From contig NZ_JBAPVS010000142.1 in assembly GCF_049283275.1 (NCBI RefSeq), forward strand, positions 31,752 to 95,751: 64,000 nt of DNA, written 5' to 3'. The notes below the pieces were generated by a model that made no database searches, was not told the origin of the DNA, and saw only the letters and a list, made by a program, of their open reading frames with translations. The stretch comes from Caulobacter sp. Lineage in GTDB: Bacteria > Pseudomonadota > Alphaproteobacteria > Caulobacterales > Caulobacteraceae. Position 1 is the stretch's first letter. Each line of letters starts with the position of its first letter. A program made the position numbers and the translations under genes. This document shows, one piece after another, positions 8,591 to 20,358 of this stretch.

Positions 8591-10138
8591 GGTGCCGGGG
8601 GGCTTGGAAGTCACGTCATAGACCACGCGGTTGACGCCGCGGACCTCGTTGATGATCCGGGTGGCGGTCTTGCCCAGCACGTCCCAGGGGAATTCGAAGA
8701 AGTCGGCGGTCATGCCGTCGGTCGAGGTCACCGCGCGCAAGGCCAGGACGTTCTCGTAGGTGCGGGCGTCGCCCATCACCCCGACCGTCTTGACGGGAAG
8801 CAGCACGGCGAAGGCCTGCCAGATCTTGTCGTAGAGGCCGGCATTGCGGATCTCTTCCAGATAGATGGCGTCGGCGTCTTGCAGCACCTTGACCTTCTCG
8901 GGCGTGATGTCGCCGGGGATGCGGATGGCCAGGCCCGGGCCGGGGAACGGGTGGCGGCCGACGAAGGCCGGGGCCAGGCCCAGCTCGACGCCCAGGGCGC
9001 GGACCTCGTCCTTGAACAGCTCGCGCAGCGGCTCGACCAGTTTCAGCTTCATGAAGTCCGGCAGCCCGCCGACATTGTGGTGGCTCTTGATCACCGCCGA
9101 GGGGCCGCCGCGGGCCGAGACGCTCTCGACCACGTCGGGATACAGCGTGCCCTGGGCCAGGAAGTCGGCGCCGTCGATCTTGGCGGCCTCGCGGTCGAAG
9201 ATGTCGATGAACTTGCCGCCGATGATCTTGCGCTTGGTCTCCGGATCGCTGACCTCGGCCAGGGCCCCGAGGAACTCGGCGCCGGCGTCCACGTGGATCA
9301 GTGGAATGTTGTAGTGGTCGCGGAACAGGGTCACGACCTGATCGGCCTCGTTCTTGCGCAGCAGGCCGGTGTCGACGAACACGCAGGTCAGCTGGGCGCC
9401 GATCGCCTCGTGGATCAGGACGGCCGCCACCGAGCTGTCGACGCCGCCGGACAGGCCGCAGATCACCTTGCCGTCGCCGACCTGGTCGCGAATCTTCTGG
9501 ACCATCTCCTGGCGGAACGCCGCCATGGTCCAGTCGCCGGTCAGGCCGGCGATGTTGAACAGGAAGTTCTTGTAGATCTTCGAGCCGTTGACCGTGTGCA
9601 CGACCTCGGGGTGGAACTGCACGCCGTAAATCTTGCGGACGTCATTGGCGATGGCGGCGAACGGCGCGCCGGTCGAGGTGGCGATCACCTCGAAGCCGTC
9701 AGGGATGGCGGTGACGCGGTCACCGTGGCTCATCCAGACCGTTTCCAGCCCGCCGATGTCGGCCAGACCCTGGAACAGCGGGCTCTGCTTGCCGATGGTC
9801 AGTTCGGCGCGGCCGAACTCGCCCGCGTGGCCGCCCTCGACCTTGCCGCCCAGCACGTCGCACAGCAGTTGCTCGCCGTAGCAGACGCAGAGCATCGGCA
9901 CGCCCAGCTCGAACAGCTTGGTCCCGATGCGGGGACTGTCGGCCTCCAGCACGCTGGCCGGGCCGCCCGACAGGATGATGGCGCTGGGGGCGTAGGCGTC
10001 GACCATGGCCTCGGCCTTGTCGAACGGATGGATCTCGCAATAGACGCCGGCCTCGCGCACCCGGCGGGCGATCAGCTGGGTCACCTGGCTCCCGAAATCG
10101 ACGATCAGAACGCGCTGGTGATGGGTTTCGGCAGTCAT
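8576..10138 (-). CDS. guaA: GMP synthase (glutamine-hydrolysing)
   Basis: [41 protein letters not shown]-terminal KPPGTIEWE. Confidence 0.99.
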   Translation of the reverse strand: MTAETHHQRVLIVDFGSQVTQLIARRVREAGVYCEIHPFDKAEAMVDAYAPSAIILSGGPASVLEADSPRIGTKLFELGVPMLCVCYGEQLLCDVLGGKVEGGHAGEFGRAELTIGKQSPLFQGLADIGGLETVWMSHGDRVTAIPDGFEVIATSTGAPFAAIANDVRKIYGVQFHPEVVHTVNGSKIYKNFLFNIAGLTGDWTMAAFRQEMVQKIRDQVGDGKVICGLSGGVDSSVAAVLIHEAIGAQLTCVFVDTGLLRKNEADQVVTLFRDHYNIPLIHVDAGAEFLGALAEVSDPETKRKIIGGKFIDIFDREAAKIDGADFLAQGTLYPDVVESVSARGGPSAVIKSHHNVGGLPDFMKLKLVEPLRELFKDEVRALGVELGLAPAFVGRHPFPGPGLAIRIPGDITPEKVKVLQDADAIYLEEIRNAGLYDKIWQAFAVLLPVKTVGVMGDARTYENVLALRAVTSTDGMTADFFEFPWDVLGKTATRIINEVRGVNRVVYDVTSKPPGTIEWE

Positions 10139-10196
10139 GGGCAGAGGCTCTCCAGCGTGTCGTTTCGGTTCGGTTCGGTCTCCCTGTCGGGAGCAA

Positions 10197-11477
10197 TTAG
10201 GGCGCGTAGGACCCGCGCTCGATCACCGCGGCGAAGAAGCCGTCAGTGCCTGCGCGATAGGGGGTCAGACGCAGATAGCCTTCCGGCGTGATGTGTTGCT
10301 CGACGCCCGCCAGGGTGATCGGCTTGACCGAGAAGCCCGGATGGCGCTCGACGAACGCCGCCACGCGGTCCTCGTTCTCCTCGGCCAGCAGCGAGCAGGT
10401 GACGTAGATCAGGCGGCCGCCCGGCTTTACGAAGTCGCCCGCATCGGCCAGAACAGCGTCCTGCTCGATCTGGCGCTTGGCCAGTTGGTCGGGCGACAGA
10501 CGCCACTTGGCGTCGGGGTGGCGGCGCCATGTGCCCGAGCCGGTGCAGGGGGCGTCGACGAACACCAGGTCCAGCTTGCCCTCCAGCCCCTTCAGCGGTT
10601 CGCCCTCGATCGGCGAGCGGATTTGCAGGTTGCGGACCCCTGCCCTTTGGCCGCGACGGATGGTGTCGGCCAGGCGGCGGGCGTCGCTGTCGTGGGCGTA
10701 GATCTGGCCGCTGTTGCCCATGGCGGCGGCCAGGGCCAGGGTCTTGCCCCCGCCCCCGGCGCAGAAGTCCAGCACCTGCTTGCCCTTGATCGGGCCGGCC
10801 AGGGCCGAGACGATCTGCGAACCCAGATCCTGGACCTCGAACCAGCCCTTGGAGAAGGCCGGCACGGCCTCGACCGACGGGGTGCGGTCGGCGGCGCCGG
10901 GCGCTGGTATGCGGAAGGCGGTGTCCAGCACGCCGGCCGGCTCGGCCCCGATCAGGGCCACGGCCTTGGCGCCGCGCTCGACGTCGGTCTTCAGCAGGTT
11001 GATGCGCAGATCGACCGGCGCGCGCTCGGCCAGGGCCGCCATCTCGGCCGCCCGGTCCTGGCCCAGGGCGCGGGTAAGATGCGGCTCCAGCCAGTCGGCA
11101 TAGTCGCCAGCCACGGGGGCCGGCGCGTCGGCCAGGGCTCGCGGCGAGGCGATGCGTTCGCGCTCGGCATCGGTCAGGGCGCCGGGGCCGTGCTCCTCGC
11201 CCGTGGCTTCGGCGATGCGGTCGAGCGACCATTTCCAGTCCTGGGCCAGCACGCCCAGCACCACGCCGCGCGGGCTGTCGTCGCCCATCATCCAGCCCAG
11301 AGAACGCTTGCGGCGCAGGGCGTCCAGCGCCAGGCCCGAGACGAAGGCGCGATCCTTTGAACCCGCGTAACGGGCGCTCTCGCCCCAGCGCTTCAGCGCC
11401 ATCCGTACGGGGAAATGACGCGTCTCGATCTCGGTGAGAACCTCGATCGCCGCTGCTAGTCTGCCGCCGTCGCGCAT
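10197..11477 (-). CDS. RsmB/NOL1/NOP2-family SAM-dependent RNA m5C methyltransferase
   Basis: [41 protein letters not shown]. Confidence 0.93.
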   Translation of the reverse strand: MRDGGRLAAAIEVLTEIETRHFPVRMALKRWGESARYAGSKDRAFVSGLALDALRRKRSLGWMMGDDSPRGVVLGVLAQDWKWSLDRIAEATGEEHGPGALTDAERERIASPRALADAPAPVAGDYADWLEPHLTRALGQDRAAEMAALAERAPVDLRINLLKTDVERGAKAVALIGAEPAGVLDTAFRIPAPGAADRTPSVEAVPAFSKGWFEVQDLGSQIVSALAGPIKGKQVLDFCAGGGGKTLALAAAMGNSGQIYAHDSDARRLADTIRRGQRAGVRNLQIRSPIEGEPLKGLEGKLDLVFVDAPCTGSGTWRRHPDAKWRLSPDQLAKRQIEQDAVLADAGDFVKPGGRLIYVTCSLLAEENEDRVAAFVERHPGFSVKPITLAGVEQHITPEGYLRLTPYRAGTDGFFAAVIERGSYAP

Positions 11478-11485
11478 TTTTGCTT

Positions 11486-11875
11486 TCAGATCACCAAGGC
11501 CGCCAGGACCAGGCAGATGCCGATCAGGGAAGCCAGCCAGACCAGCGACCGGATGACCGGCACGCCGAAGGCATAGAGAAAGATGTAGACTGCTCGCGCT
11601 CCGACATAGAGCACCGCGCCATGGGCCGAGAACGTGCCCTGGCGATCACCCAGATAGACGACCAGCACGGCGGCGGCGAACAGCGGGAAGGTCTCGCGGA
11701 AATTGGCGAAGGCGCGTTCGAGACGCCCCGCCATTCCCGTCAGCACCACCGGCGTGTCGCGAGGCCCGACGTTCCACTTCAGACCGCGCTGCGGCTGGGC
11801 GGCCGCGGCCGCCCAGAGCAGATGAACCAGGCCGATCACGACGGCCAGGCCCAGCATCTGAAGTTCGAGGGCCAT
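11486..11875 (-). CDS. MAPEG-family membrane protein
   Basis: RLERAFANFRETFPLF and ARAVYIFLY motifs; hydrophobic helices. Start could be GTG 11881. Confidence 0.85.
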   Translation of the reverse strand: MALELQMLGLAVVIGLVHLLWAAAAAQPQRGLKWNVGPRDTPVVLTGMAGRLERAFANFRETFPLFAAAVLVVYLGDRQGTFSAHGAVLYVGARAVYIFLYAFGVPVIRSLVWLASLIGICLVLAALVI

Positions 11876-11883
11876 CCGCACGG

Positions 11884-13422
<1,539 letters not shown>

Positions 13423-14460
13423 CTAACCGACAATCGTCTCGGGGTTGGGAACGCCCATGCGGGAGATCACAACCAAACCATCGCCCGGTCGGATGACGTC
13501 GTTGGCGCCGGGCCGCAGAGCGCCGCCCTCGCGGCGATCGATGCGAACCACCAGCAGGCCGCCTCCCCGCCGCTCGAACTCGCCCACGGTGATCTGACGC
13601 CCGCCGAACGCGGCGGGCGCGACGATCACGCCCAGCTCGAGGCCCATGCTGGTAAGCGACGCGGCGCTGCCGGCCTCGTCGGTGACGGCGCCTTGCAGAT
13701 ACTCCGCCAGCTTTGGGAACAGGATCAGCTCGGCGATCCGCTCGGCGCCGATGTGGGTTGGCAGGATCACCTTGTCGGCGCCCGCCTGGATCAACTTGCG
13801 CTCGGTGGACGGCCTCTCGCCGCGGGCGATGATCTCCAGTCCGGCGTTGAGGCTTCGCGCCGACAGCGTGATGAACACGTTGGCCGCGTCGTCGGGCAGG
13901 ACGCTGGCCAACACCCGGGCGCGCTCCACGTGGACGGCGCGCAGCACGTCCTCGTCGGTCGCATCGGCATGGCGGCACAGATAACCCAGTTCGCGGGCCT
14001 CCTGGCAGCGCTCCGCCTCTCGCTCGATGACGACGAAGGTCTCACCCGCCATGGACAGGTCCGCGGCCAGCATGAGGCCGATCCGGCCAAATCCGCAGAT
14101 GATGATGTGGCCGTCGAGGCGTTCGATATCGCGTTCCACGCGCTTTCCAAAAAACTGTTCCAGCTGCGACTGGGTGAGCGCCTGCACGAGCGCGCCGGTG
14201 ACCATGATCACACCCGTGCACCCAAACAGCATCGTGGCCATGGTGACGGTATGCAAGTAGTCGGTGTCGATGGGGCGAACTTCGCCATAACCGACGGTGA
14301 AGATGGTCAGGGTGACCATGTAGAGGGCGTCGTCGAAGGACCAACCCGCTTCCATGTAGGCGATCACCGCGACGAGGGCGATCATCAGCACGAACAGGAT
14401 CGCGATCAGGAGATTGCGGAACGGGCGCGCCGTCACCCCCTCGAGCACGCCCGCCCTCAC
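13423..14460 (-). CDS. potassium channel with RCK/TrkA-N domain
   Basis: Selectivity filter TVGYG between two TM helices; Rossmann motif IIICGFGRIG; ADATDEDVL. GTG overlaps the rlmE stop. Confidence 0.92.
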   Translation of the reverse strand: MRAGVLEGVTARPFRNLLIAILFVLMIALVAVIAYMEAGWSFDDALYMVTLTIFTVGYGEVRPIDTDYLHTVTMATMLFGCTGVIMVTGALVQALTQSQLEQFFGKRVERDIERLDGHIIICGFGRIGLMLAADLSMAGETFVVIEREAERCQEARELGYLCRHADATDEDVLRAVHVERARVLASVLPDDAANVFITLSARSLNAGLEIIARGERPSTERKLIQAGADKVILPTHIGAERIAELILFPKLAEYLQGAVTDEAGSAASLTSMGLELGVIVAPAAFGGRQITVGEFERRGGGLLVVRIDRREGGALRPGANDVIRPGDGLVVISRMGVPNPETIVG

Positions 14461-15164
14461 CGCCCCTTGAACCCCGTCGCCACCAGGAAGACCTCGGAGC
14501 TGTCGCTGCGGCTGGCCTTGGGCTTGAAGTGCACGACCTTGTCGAAGTGCTTTTTCAGCTGGCCGATCACCGCCGCGGTCTCGCCGCCCTGGAAGGCCTT
14601 GGCCACGAAAGCCCCCCCAGGCTTGAGCACCTCGATGGCGAAGTCAGCGCCGATCTCGATCAGGCCGACGATGCGCAGGTGGTCGGTCTCGCGATGGCCG
14701 ACCGTGTTGGGGGCCATGTCGGACATCACCAGGTCCGGCGCGCCGCCCAGCAGGTCCAGCATCTTGGGCGGACAGGCCGGGTCGGTGAAATCCATCTCCA
14801 GGATGTGGGCGGGCGCCACCGGATCGACCGGCAGCAGATCGACGCCGACGATGTCGGTCACGCCGCGTTCGGTGGCCATCTGCAGCCAGCCGCCCGGCGC
14901 GCAGCCCAGGTCGATGACGCGCGCCCCTTTCTTGAAGAAGCGATACTTGTCGTCGATCTCGCTGATCTTGAACGCCGCGCGGCTGCGATAGCCCAGGGCG
15001 CGAGCCTTGGCCGAGAACGGGTCGTTGATCTGCCGCTCCAGCCAGTGCTGCTGCGAGGGCGTGCGGCCAAAGGCGGTCTTCAGGCGCGCCGGCTTGGTGC
15101 GACCGCTGTCATTGCCGCCGGCCGGCGGCTTGACCATGCGCTTGCGGGGAGGTTCGTCGTTCAT
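14457..15164 (-). CDS. rlmE: 23S rRNA Um2552 methyltransferase RlmE (FtsJ/RrmJ)
   Basis: GYRSRAAFKISEI, DLGCAPGGW, SDMAPN, KPKASRSDSSE. Confidence 0.96.
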   Translation of the reverse strand: MNDEPPRKRMVKPPAGGNDSGRTKPARLKTAFGRTPSQQHWLERQINDPFSAKARALGYRSRAAFKISEIDDKYRFFKKGARVIDLGCAPGGWLQMATERGVTDIVGVDLLPVDPVAPAHILEMDFTDPACPPKMLDLLGGAPDLVMSDMAPNTVGHRETDHLRIVGLIEIGADFAIEVLKPGGAFVAKAFQGGETAAVIGQLKKHFDKVVHFKPKASRSDSSEVFLVATGFKGR

Positions 15165-16288
15165 GCGTTCACCGTCGAGGGGCGGGAAGCCCGACCAGAG
15201 CCGCCTCGCCGACGCCGGCGCGGCTTCTTCTGCTGATCGGACATCAAGGACATCAGAAGACCTTCTCTAAGCCCCCGATCGGCGACACGCACGCGAGAAC
15301 ACGGCCAAAGCTCCTGAACGGCCTGCAGGATCGCCGCCCCGGCCAGCACCAGATCGGCTCGGTCAGCCCCGATGCAAGGCTCCAGCGCCCGCTCCTTGGC
15401 GGTCAGGGTCAACAGCCGGTCGGCCGCCGCCTCGCACTCGTGACGCTGCATCCACAGGCCGTCGACGATGTTGCGATCGTAGCGCGGCAGCCCAAGGTGC
15501 AGGCCGGCCAGGCTGGTGATCGCGCCGGACGTGCCGACCATGTGGGCCCGGTCGTCCTCGAACAGGCGACGCATGGGCTCGGCGTGTGGGAAGGCGTCGA
15601 TGCGCGTCTTGACCGCGTCGACCATGGCCCGAAACCAGCCCTCCTCAACCCGCTCGCCCTCGGGAAAGCGCTCGGCCAGGGTGACCACGCCGATCGGGAT
15701 CGACAGCCAGGCCTTAATGGGCAGTTTCCAGGTCGCGAACTGGCGCGGCTTGCTGTCGAGCCCGTCGCCCTTGAGGTCCACCCAGGACAACTCGGTCGAA
15801 CCGCCGCCGACATCGACCACCAAGGCCGCCTCGGCGTTGCGGTCGAACAGGCTCATGCAGCCGGCCACCGACAGCTGGGCCTCTTCCTTGGGCGTGATGA
15901 TCTGCAGCCGCAGCCCCGTCTCCTCGGCGACGCGGCGGACGAAGTCAGGACCATTGGCCGCACCCCGGCAGGCCTGAGTGGCCACGGCCTTCACGCGCAC
16001 CACCTTGCGACGGCGGATCTTTTCAGCGCAGACCTTCAGGGCGGCCATGGAACGGTCCATGGCTTCGTCCGAAAGCTGTCCGGTCTGGGAAAGTCCCTCG
16101 CCCAGACGCACGATGCGGGAATAGGCCTCGACGACGCGGAATCCGCGCGGCGAAGGGGTCGCCACCAACAGGCGGCAGTTGTTCGTACCCAGGTCGAGCG
16201 CCGCATAGCACGACTGCTCGCCTGGCGGCCGGCGCCGGCCCGAGCCCGAAGGCTGAGGCGCGCCGGGCGCTCTCGGCGCCTCCGACAT
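15161..16288 (-). CDS. Ppx/GppA-family phosphatase
   Basis: AALDLGTNNCRL, VRLGEG, VATQACR, DVGGGSTE, DRGLREG. Confidence 0.93.
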   Translation of the reverse strand: MSEAPRAPGAPQPSGSGRRRPPGEQSCYAALDLGTNNCRLLVATPSPRGFRVVEAYSRIVRLGEGLSQTGQLSDEAMDRSMAALKVCAEKIRRRKVVRVKAVATQACRGAANGPDFVRRVAEETGLRLQIITPKEEAQLSVAGCMSLFDRNAEAALVVDVGGGSTELSWVDLKGDGLDSKPRQFATWKLPIKAWLSIPIGVVTLAERFPEGERVEEGWFRAMVDAVKTRIDAFPHAEPMRRLFEDDRAHMVGTSGAITSLAGLHLGLPRYDRNIVDGLWMQRHECEAAADRLLTLTAKERALEPCIGADRADLVLAGAAILQAVQELWPCSRVRVADRGLREGLLMSLMSDQQKKPRRRRRGGSGRASRPSTVNA

Positions 16289-16449
16289 GGTCGTTCCACC
16301 TTGTCTCGCAGGCGATTCGCACCGAACCGCCTCACTTCGAGAGCGAGCATAGCGGTCGGATTCCCCCGCCGAAAGGCCTCGCCTTGTCATCCGGTCACGG
16401 AACTCTACGTTCAGATTCCAGTCAGGAGACTCGGTGTAGATTGCCGGGC

Positions 16450-16779
16450 ATGAACTCGAGACTCGCCAAATTCGCGATCGGCCAAGTGGTCAAACACCGG
16501 ATCTTCCCCTTCCGGGGCGTGGTGTTCGACGTCGACCCCGTGTTCGCCAACACCGAGGAATGGTGGAACTCCATTCCCGAGGACATCCGGCCGACCAAGG
16601 ACCAGCCGTTCTACCACCTGCTGGCCGAGAACGACGACAACACCTATGTCGCCTATGTCTCCGAGCAGAACCTGCTGGCCGACGAAACCGGCGAGCCGGT
16701 CGGCCACCCGCAAGCGGCGGTGATCTTCGAGAGCTTCGATCACGGCGCCTACAAGCTTCGCCCCCGGATTTCGCACTAG
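16450..16779 (+). CDS. hspQ: heat shock protein HspQ
   Basis: KFAIGQVVKHRIFPFRGVVFDVDP...DQPFYHLLAEN...AYVSEQNL. Confidence 0.92.
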   Translation: MNSRLAKFAIGQVVKHRIFPFRGVVFDVDPVFANTEEWWNSIPEDIRPTKDQPFYHLLAENDDNTYVAYVSEQNLLADETGEPVGHPQAAVIFESFDHGAYKLRPRISH

Positions 16780-16801
16780 GCGCAAGCTCTCTCCGAGAGA
16801 T

Positions 16802-16846
16802 CCCGGTTCTCACGCAAAATCCGAACGGAATTTGCCACGAACCGGG
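16802..16846. promoter_or_regulatory. long imperfect inverted repeat upstream of phhA
   Basis: CCCGGTTC-tcac-GCAAAATCCG-aa-CGGAATTTGC-cac-GAACCGGG. Confidence 0.45.
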
Positions 16847-16860
16847 CGTAACGTCGTCTG

Positions 16861-17742
16861 ATGAGCGCAGACGGTTTTAGCAGCGGCCCTCCGCCCGGCG
16901 CGGCCGCCGATTGGACGATCGATCAGGGCTGGGAAAACTATGCCCAGGCCGAGCATGATGTCTGGATCACCCTTTACGAACGCCAGACCGCCCTGTTGCC
17001 GGGCCGGGCCTGCGACGAGTTCCTGCGCGGGCTCGACGCTCTGGATTTGCATCGCTCGGGCATTCCCGATTTCAAGCGGATCAACGAAGAGCTTCAGCGC
17101 CTGACCGGCTGGAGCGTGGTGGCCGTGCCCGGGTTGGTGCCCGACGACGTGTTCTTCGACCATCTGGCCAACCGCCGCTTCCCGGCGGGCCAGTTCATCC
17201 GCAAGCCGCATGAACTGGACTACCTGCAGGAACCCGACATCTTCCACGATGTATTCGGCCACGTGCCGATGCTGACGGACCCGACCTTCGCAGACTACAT
17301 GCAGGCCTATGGCCAGGGCGGCCAGCGGGCTCTGGGCCTGGGGCGGCTGGCTAACCTGGCCCGCCTCTACTGGTACACGGTCGAGTTCGGCCTGTTGGAG
17401 ACCAAGGCGGGCCCGCGAATCTACGGGGCCGGCATCGTCTCCTCGCGCACGGAGTCGATCTTCGCCCTCGACGATCCCTCCCCCAACCGCATCGGCTTCG
17501 ACCTGGAGCGGGTGATGCGCACGCCCTACCGGATCGACGACTTCCAGCAGGTTTATTTCGTCATCCCCTCGATCCAGACGCTGCAGGAGGTGACCTTGCG
17601 CGACTTCGGAGCGTTATACGACCGCCTGGCCGGCGCCAGCGACCTCGGCATCGCCGAGATCACCAGCGCCGACCGGGTGATCACCGCGGGCAGCCAGGCC
17701 TATGCGAAGGCCGGTGGCCGACTTGCCTCGGCGGGCGGCTGA
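16861..17742 (+). CDS. phhA: phenylalanine 4-monooxygenase
   Basis: EPDIFHDVFGHVPML (Fe His ligands), LARLYWYTVEFGL, YGAGIVSS, YRIDDFQQVYFVI. Confidence 0.97.
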   Translation: MSADGFSSGPPPGAAADWTIDQGWENYAQAEHDVWITLYERQTALLPGRACDEFLRGLDALDLHRSGIPDFKRINEELQRLTGWSVVAVPGLVPDDVFFDHLANRRFPAGQFIRKPHELDYLQEPDIFHDVFGHVPMLTDPTFADYMQAYGQGGQRALGLGRLANLARLYWYTVEFGLLETKAGPRIYGAGIVSSRTESIFALDDPSPNRIGFDLERVMRTPYRIDDFQQVYFVIPSIQTLQEVTLRDFGALYDRLAGASDLGIAEITSADRVITAGSQAYAKAGGRLASAGG

Positions 17743-18911
17743 CCTTTCAGGCCGAACAGCATCCGCACGCCCGGAACGCGCCGGACGATCTCGTAGGTCG
17801 CGAAGCAGCCGGCGAAGGTCAGAACGATCAGGATCGCGGCCTCGAGGGCCTGAGGCAGGCCCAGCTTGGCCAGATGGTGGGCGGCGACCACGATCAGGGT
17901 CTGATGCACCAAATAGAACGGGAAGACACCCAGGGTCAGATAGCGCAACGCCGGCCCGCCGCGATTCAGACGCCTGGCGCCGAAACCCAAGATGGCGGCG
18001 ATCGCGCACCAGGTGTCGGTCGCATAGACGAAGCGCATCGCGAACCGCAGGGCTTCAGGCGGAGCGGCATTCTCGGCCCGGTAAATCCAGGCATAGCTCG
18101 CCCAAGCCACATAGGCCGCCACGGCCAGGCTTAGTGCGGGCCAGCGCGCGGCGATCAAGCGTTCGCGCAGGACCTCGGACTTGGCCAGGCCGAAGCCGAT
18201 GAGGAACGCCGAGAACGACACCGCATGCACGTAGTAGTCGCCGACCAAGGCGTGGGTTTCGCCATAGCGCGGATAGAGCCAGGCGCGGATCAGGCCCAGG
18301 AAAACGATCGGCCACAGGATGAGCCCAGGCCCGCTCAACACGCGCTCGGCGCCGGCCTGGATATAAACGCCTGATCGCTTCCAGAGCAGCAGCAGTCCGG
18401 CCAGCGCCAGGGTGTAGACCAGCAAATAGGCCACGAACCACATGTGGTTCCAGGTCGGCGTGACCAGACACCCATCCGGACCGCACCAGTGGCCCGACGC
18501 CGTCACATAGCGGATCCAGAAGTTGTCGAGGATCGAGGCCGGCGCGCCCGGATGGGCCGTCACGTACTCGACGATCTGGTAGTAGGACTGCGGCGGCACG
18601 ATCACGAACATCGCAAACAGCAGCGGCGGGGCCAGACGGCCGATCCGGGCGCCAGTCAGCTTGGCGACCGGAACCTTGTCGGCCATGAACCGCGTCGCCG
18701 CGCCCGAGACCAGGAACAGCAGGGTCAGGCGCCACGGATTGGTCAGCATCATCAGCGGTTCCAGCGCTTCGACGGGATGCGGCGACTTCACGTGCCAGTC
18801 CCAGGGCACATAGAACATGCCGACGTGGTACAGGATCAGCAGGAAGAACGCGCCGACCCGAATCCAGTCGAGGTCGTATCGGCGGTCAGGGATCGAAGCG
18901 GTCGAAAGCAT
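17700..18911 (-). CDS. acyltransferase-3 family membrane protein (OpgC/MdoC-like)
   Basis: RRYDLDWIRV...LILYH, PWRLTLLFLVSG, HMWFVAYL, FPFYLVHQT; about 10 TM segments. Confidence 0.88.
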   Translation of the reverse strand: MLSTASIPDRRYDLDWIRVGAFFLLILYHVGMFYVPWDWHVKSPHPVEALEPLMMLTNPWRLTLLFLVSGAATRFMADKVPVAKLTGARIGRLAPPLLFAMFVIVPPQSYYQIVEYVTAHPGAPASILDNFWIRYVTASGHWCGPDGCLVTPTWNHMWFVAYLLVYTLALAGLLLLWKRSGVYIQAGAERVLSGPGLILWPIVFLGLIRAWLYPRYGETHALVGDYYVHAVSFSAFLIGFGLAKSEVLRERLIAARWPALSLAVAAYVAWASYAWIYRAENAAPPEALRFAMRFVYATDTWCAIAAILGFGARRLNRGGPALRYLTLGVFPFYLVHQTLIVVAAHHLAKLGLPQALEAAILIVLTFAGCFATYEIVRRVPGVRMLFGLKGQPPAEASRPPAFA

Positions 18912-18981
18912 GACAGGGCGTCCGGCTTGAAAAACGATGCGAACGTCGTGGCCCGCACCGCCGCCCGAGGCCAAGCGCCTG

Positions 18982-19033
18982 GGGACCAGCGGCCGCCGGC
19001 AGGGACGAGCGGAAAAGCGTCCGGGACCAGCGG
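18982..19033. repeat. three phased 11-bp direct repeats GGGAC(C/G)AGCGG
   Basis: Copies at 18982, 19002 and 19023 (20 and 21 bp period) between the divergent acyltransferase and LytTR genes. Confidence 0.8.
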
Positions 19034-19046
19034 CGCGCTTTTCGGG

Positions 19047-19847
19047 ATGAACGGCGAAGAGCGGCAGGGCATCGGACGCGCCTGGCTGCTGGGCGCCTCT
19101 CTGATCTCGTGCATCTCCGTGGTCAACGTCCTGACCATCCGCCACGACGCGCCGCATTTCGGCACGCTGGCCCCTGCCATTTGGGAAGGCAGCAGCGCGC
19201 TGGTGACCGTGGCGATCTTCATGATCCCCGCCGCGGTCGCTCTGTGGACCACGCGGACAGCACCGCGCTGGTGGCGGGCCCTTCCCGTTCACCTTGTGGC
19301 GGTGGTTCTTTACTCGATGCTGCACGTCGCCGGCTTCGTGGCGTTGCGAAAGCTGGCCTACTGGACCTTGATGGACGGCCCCTACGAGTTTGGGCCGCTG
19401 TCCTCGGAGTTCCCCTACGAATTCCGCAAGGACCTGATGGCCTATGGCCTGGCTTCGATCATCTACTACCTGTCCTTAAGGCGCAGCGCGCGTGAGGCCG
19501 TGCTCGCCCAGACGGCGTCGGCGCCCGCCAGCTTCGACATCCGCGACGGCGCGCGCCTGGTGCGCGTTCCTGTCTCCGAGATCCTGGCCGTGCGCTCGGC
19601 CGGCAACTATGCCGAGTTCCTGCTGGCCGACGGCCGGCGGCCCCTGATGCGTTCGTCGCTCAGCGCGCTCGAGACCCAGATGGTCAAGCACGGCTTCCTG
19701 CGCACCCATCGCTCCTGGCTGGTCAATCCGGCACGGGTGACCGGTCTGCGCCCTGAGGGCTCGGGCGACTATGCGGTCGAGTTGGGCGCGGTCGAGGTCC
19801 CGCTGTCGCGGCGCTTTCCCCAGACCCTGTCCGCGTTGCGCGGCTAG
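19047..19847 (+). CDS. membrane-anchored LytTR-family transcriptional regulator
   Basis: Four hydrophobic N-terminal helices, then a LytTR domain (VSEILAVRSAGNYAE...FLRTHRSWLVN). No receiver domain; start could be a little further upstream. Confidence 0.9.
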   Translation: MNGEERQGIGRAWLLGASLISCISVVNVLTIRHDAPHFGTLAPAIWEGSSALVTVAIFMIPAAVALWTTRTAPRWWRALPVHLVAVVLYSMLHVAGFVALRKLAYWTLMDGPYEFGPLSSEFPYEFRKDLMAYGLASIIYYLSLRRSAREAVLAQTASAPASFDIRDGARLVRVPVSEILAVRSAGNYAEFLLADGRRPLMRSSLSALETQMVKHGFLRTHRSWLVNPARVTGLRPEGSGDYAVELGAVEVPLSRRFPQTLSALRG

Positions 19848-20356
19848 TCCAGCAGCAGGCCCATGACAATGTCGTCCTCGACGTGGCCGTCGGGATAGCG
19901 ACCACGACCGATCATGCGCCCCTCGATCTGGAACCCCAGCCTTTGATAGAGCCGCTGGGCGCCGAGGTTGGCCGCGCCAGTCCACAGCTCGATCCGACCG
20001 ATCGGCGGCGTCATCGTCCGGGCGACCTCGATCAGGGCGCGGAACAGGGCCGAGCCGACGCCCCTGCCCTGCCAGTCCGGATCGACCGCCACGGTCAGGT
20101 CGGTCAGCACATGGGCGAAGATCGCCACCTTCATCCGCTCGACATGCAGCTCGCCGCACACCGCGCCGTCGACGTCCACGGCCACCAGGTTCACTCCGCC
20201 GTCCGTCGCGACCGCGATGGCGTGGGCGACATAGTCGGCCGTCACTTCGTCAGGCTGGCGCGCCAGGCCGCCGGGACGGGCGGCGACCTTGCGATGCAAG
20301 GCCAGGATCGCGCTCGCATCGTCGGGCGTCGCGGGGCGAACGCTGAAGTCGGTCAT
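19844..20356 (-). CDS. GNAT-family N-acetyltransferase
   Basis: VRPATPDD, acetyl-CoA motif VDPDWQGRGVGSAL, NLGAQRLYQRLGF; starts 2 nt after the astB stop. Confidence 0.9.
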   Translation of the reverse strand: MTDFSVRPATPDDASAILALHRKVAARPGGLARQPDEVTADYVAHAIAVATDGGVNLVAVDVDGAVCGELHVERMKVAIFAHVLTDLTVAVDPDWQGRGVGSALFRALIEVARTMTPPIGRIELWTGAANLGAQRLYQRLGFQIEGRMIGRGRYPDGHVEDDIVMGLLLD

Positions 20357-20358
20357 GC

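Noticed and set aside
10163..10180. TCGGT repeated three times upstream of guaA
   Set aside because: Very short microsatellite with no evidence of function or phase variation.
17700..17742. 43-bp 3' overlap of phhA and the acyltransferase (similarly 57531-57572)
   Set aside because: Convergent tail overlaps are common in high-GC genomes, and both proteins look complete.
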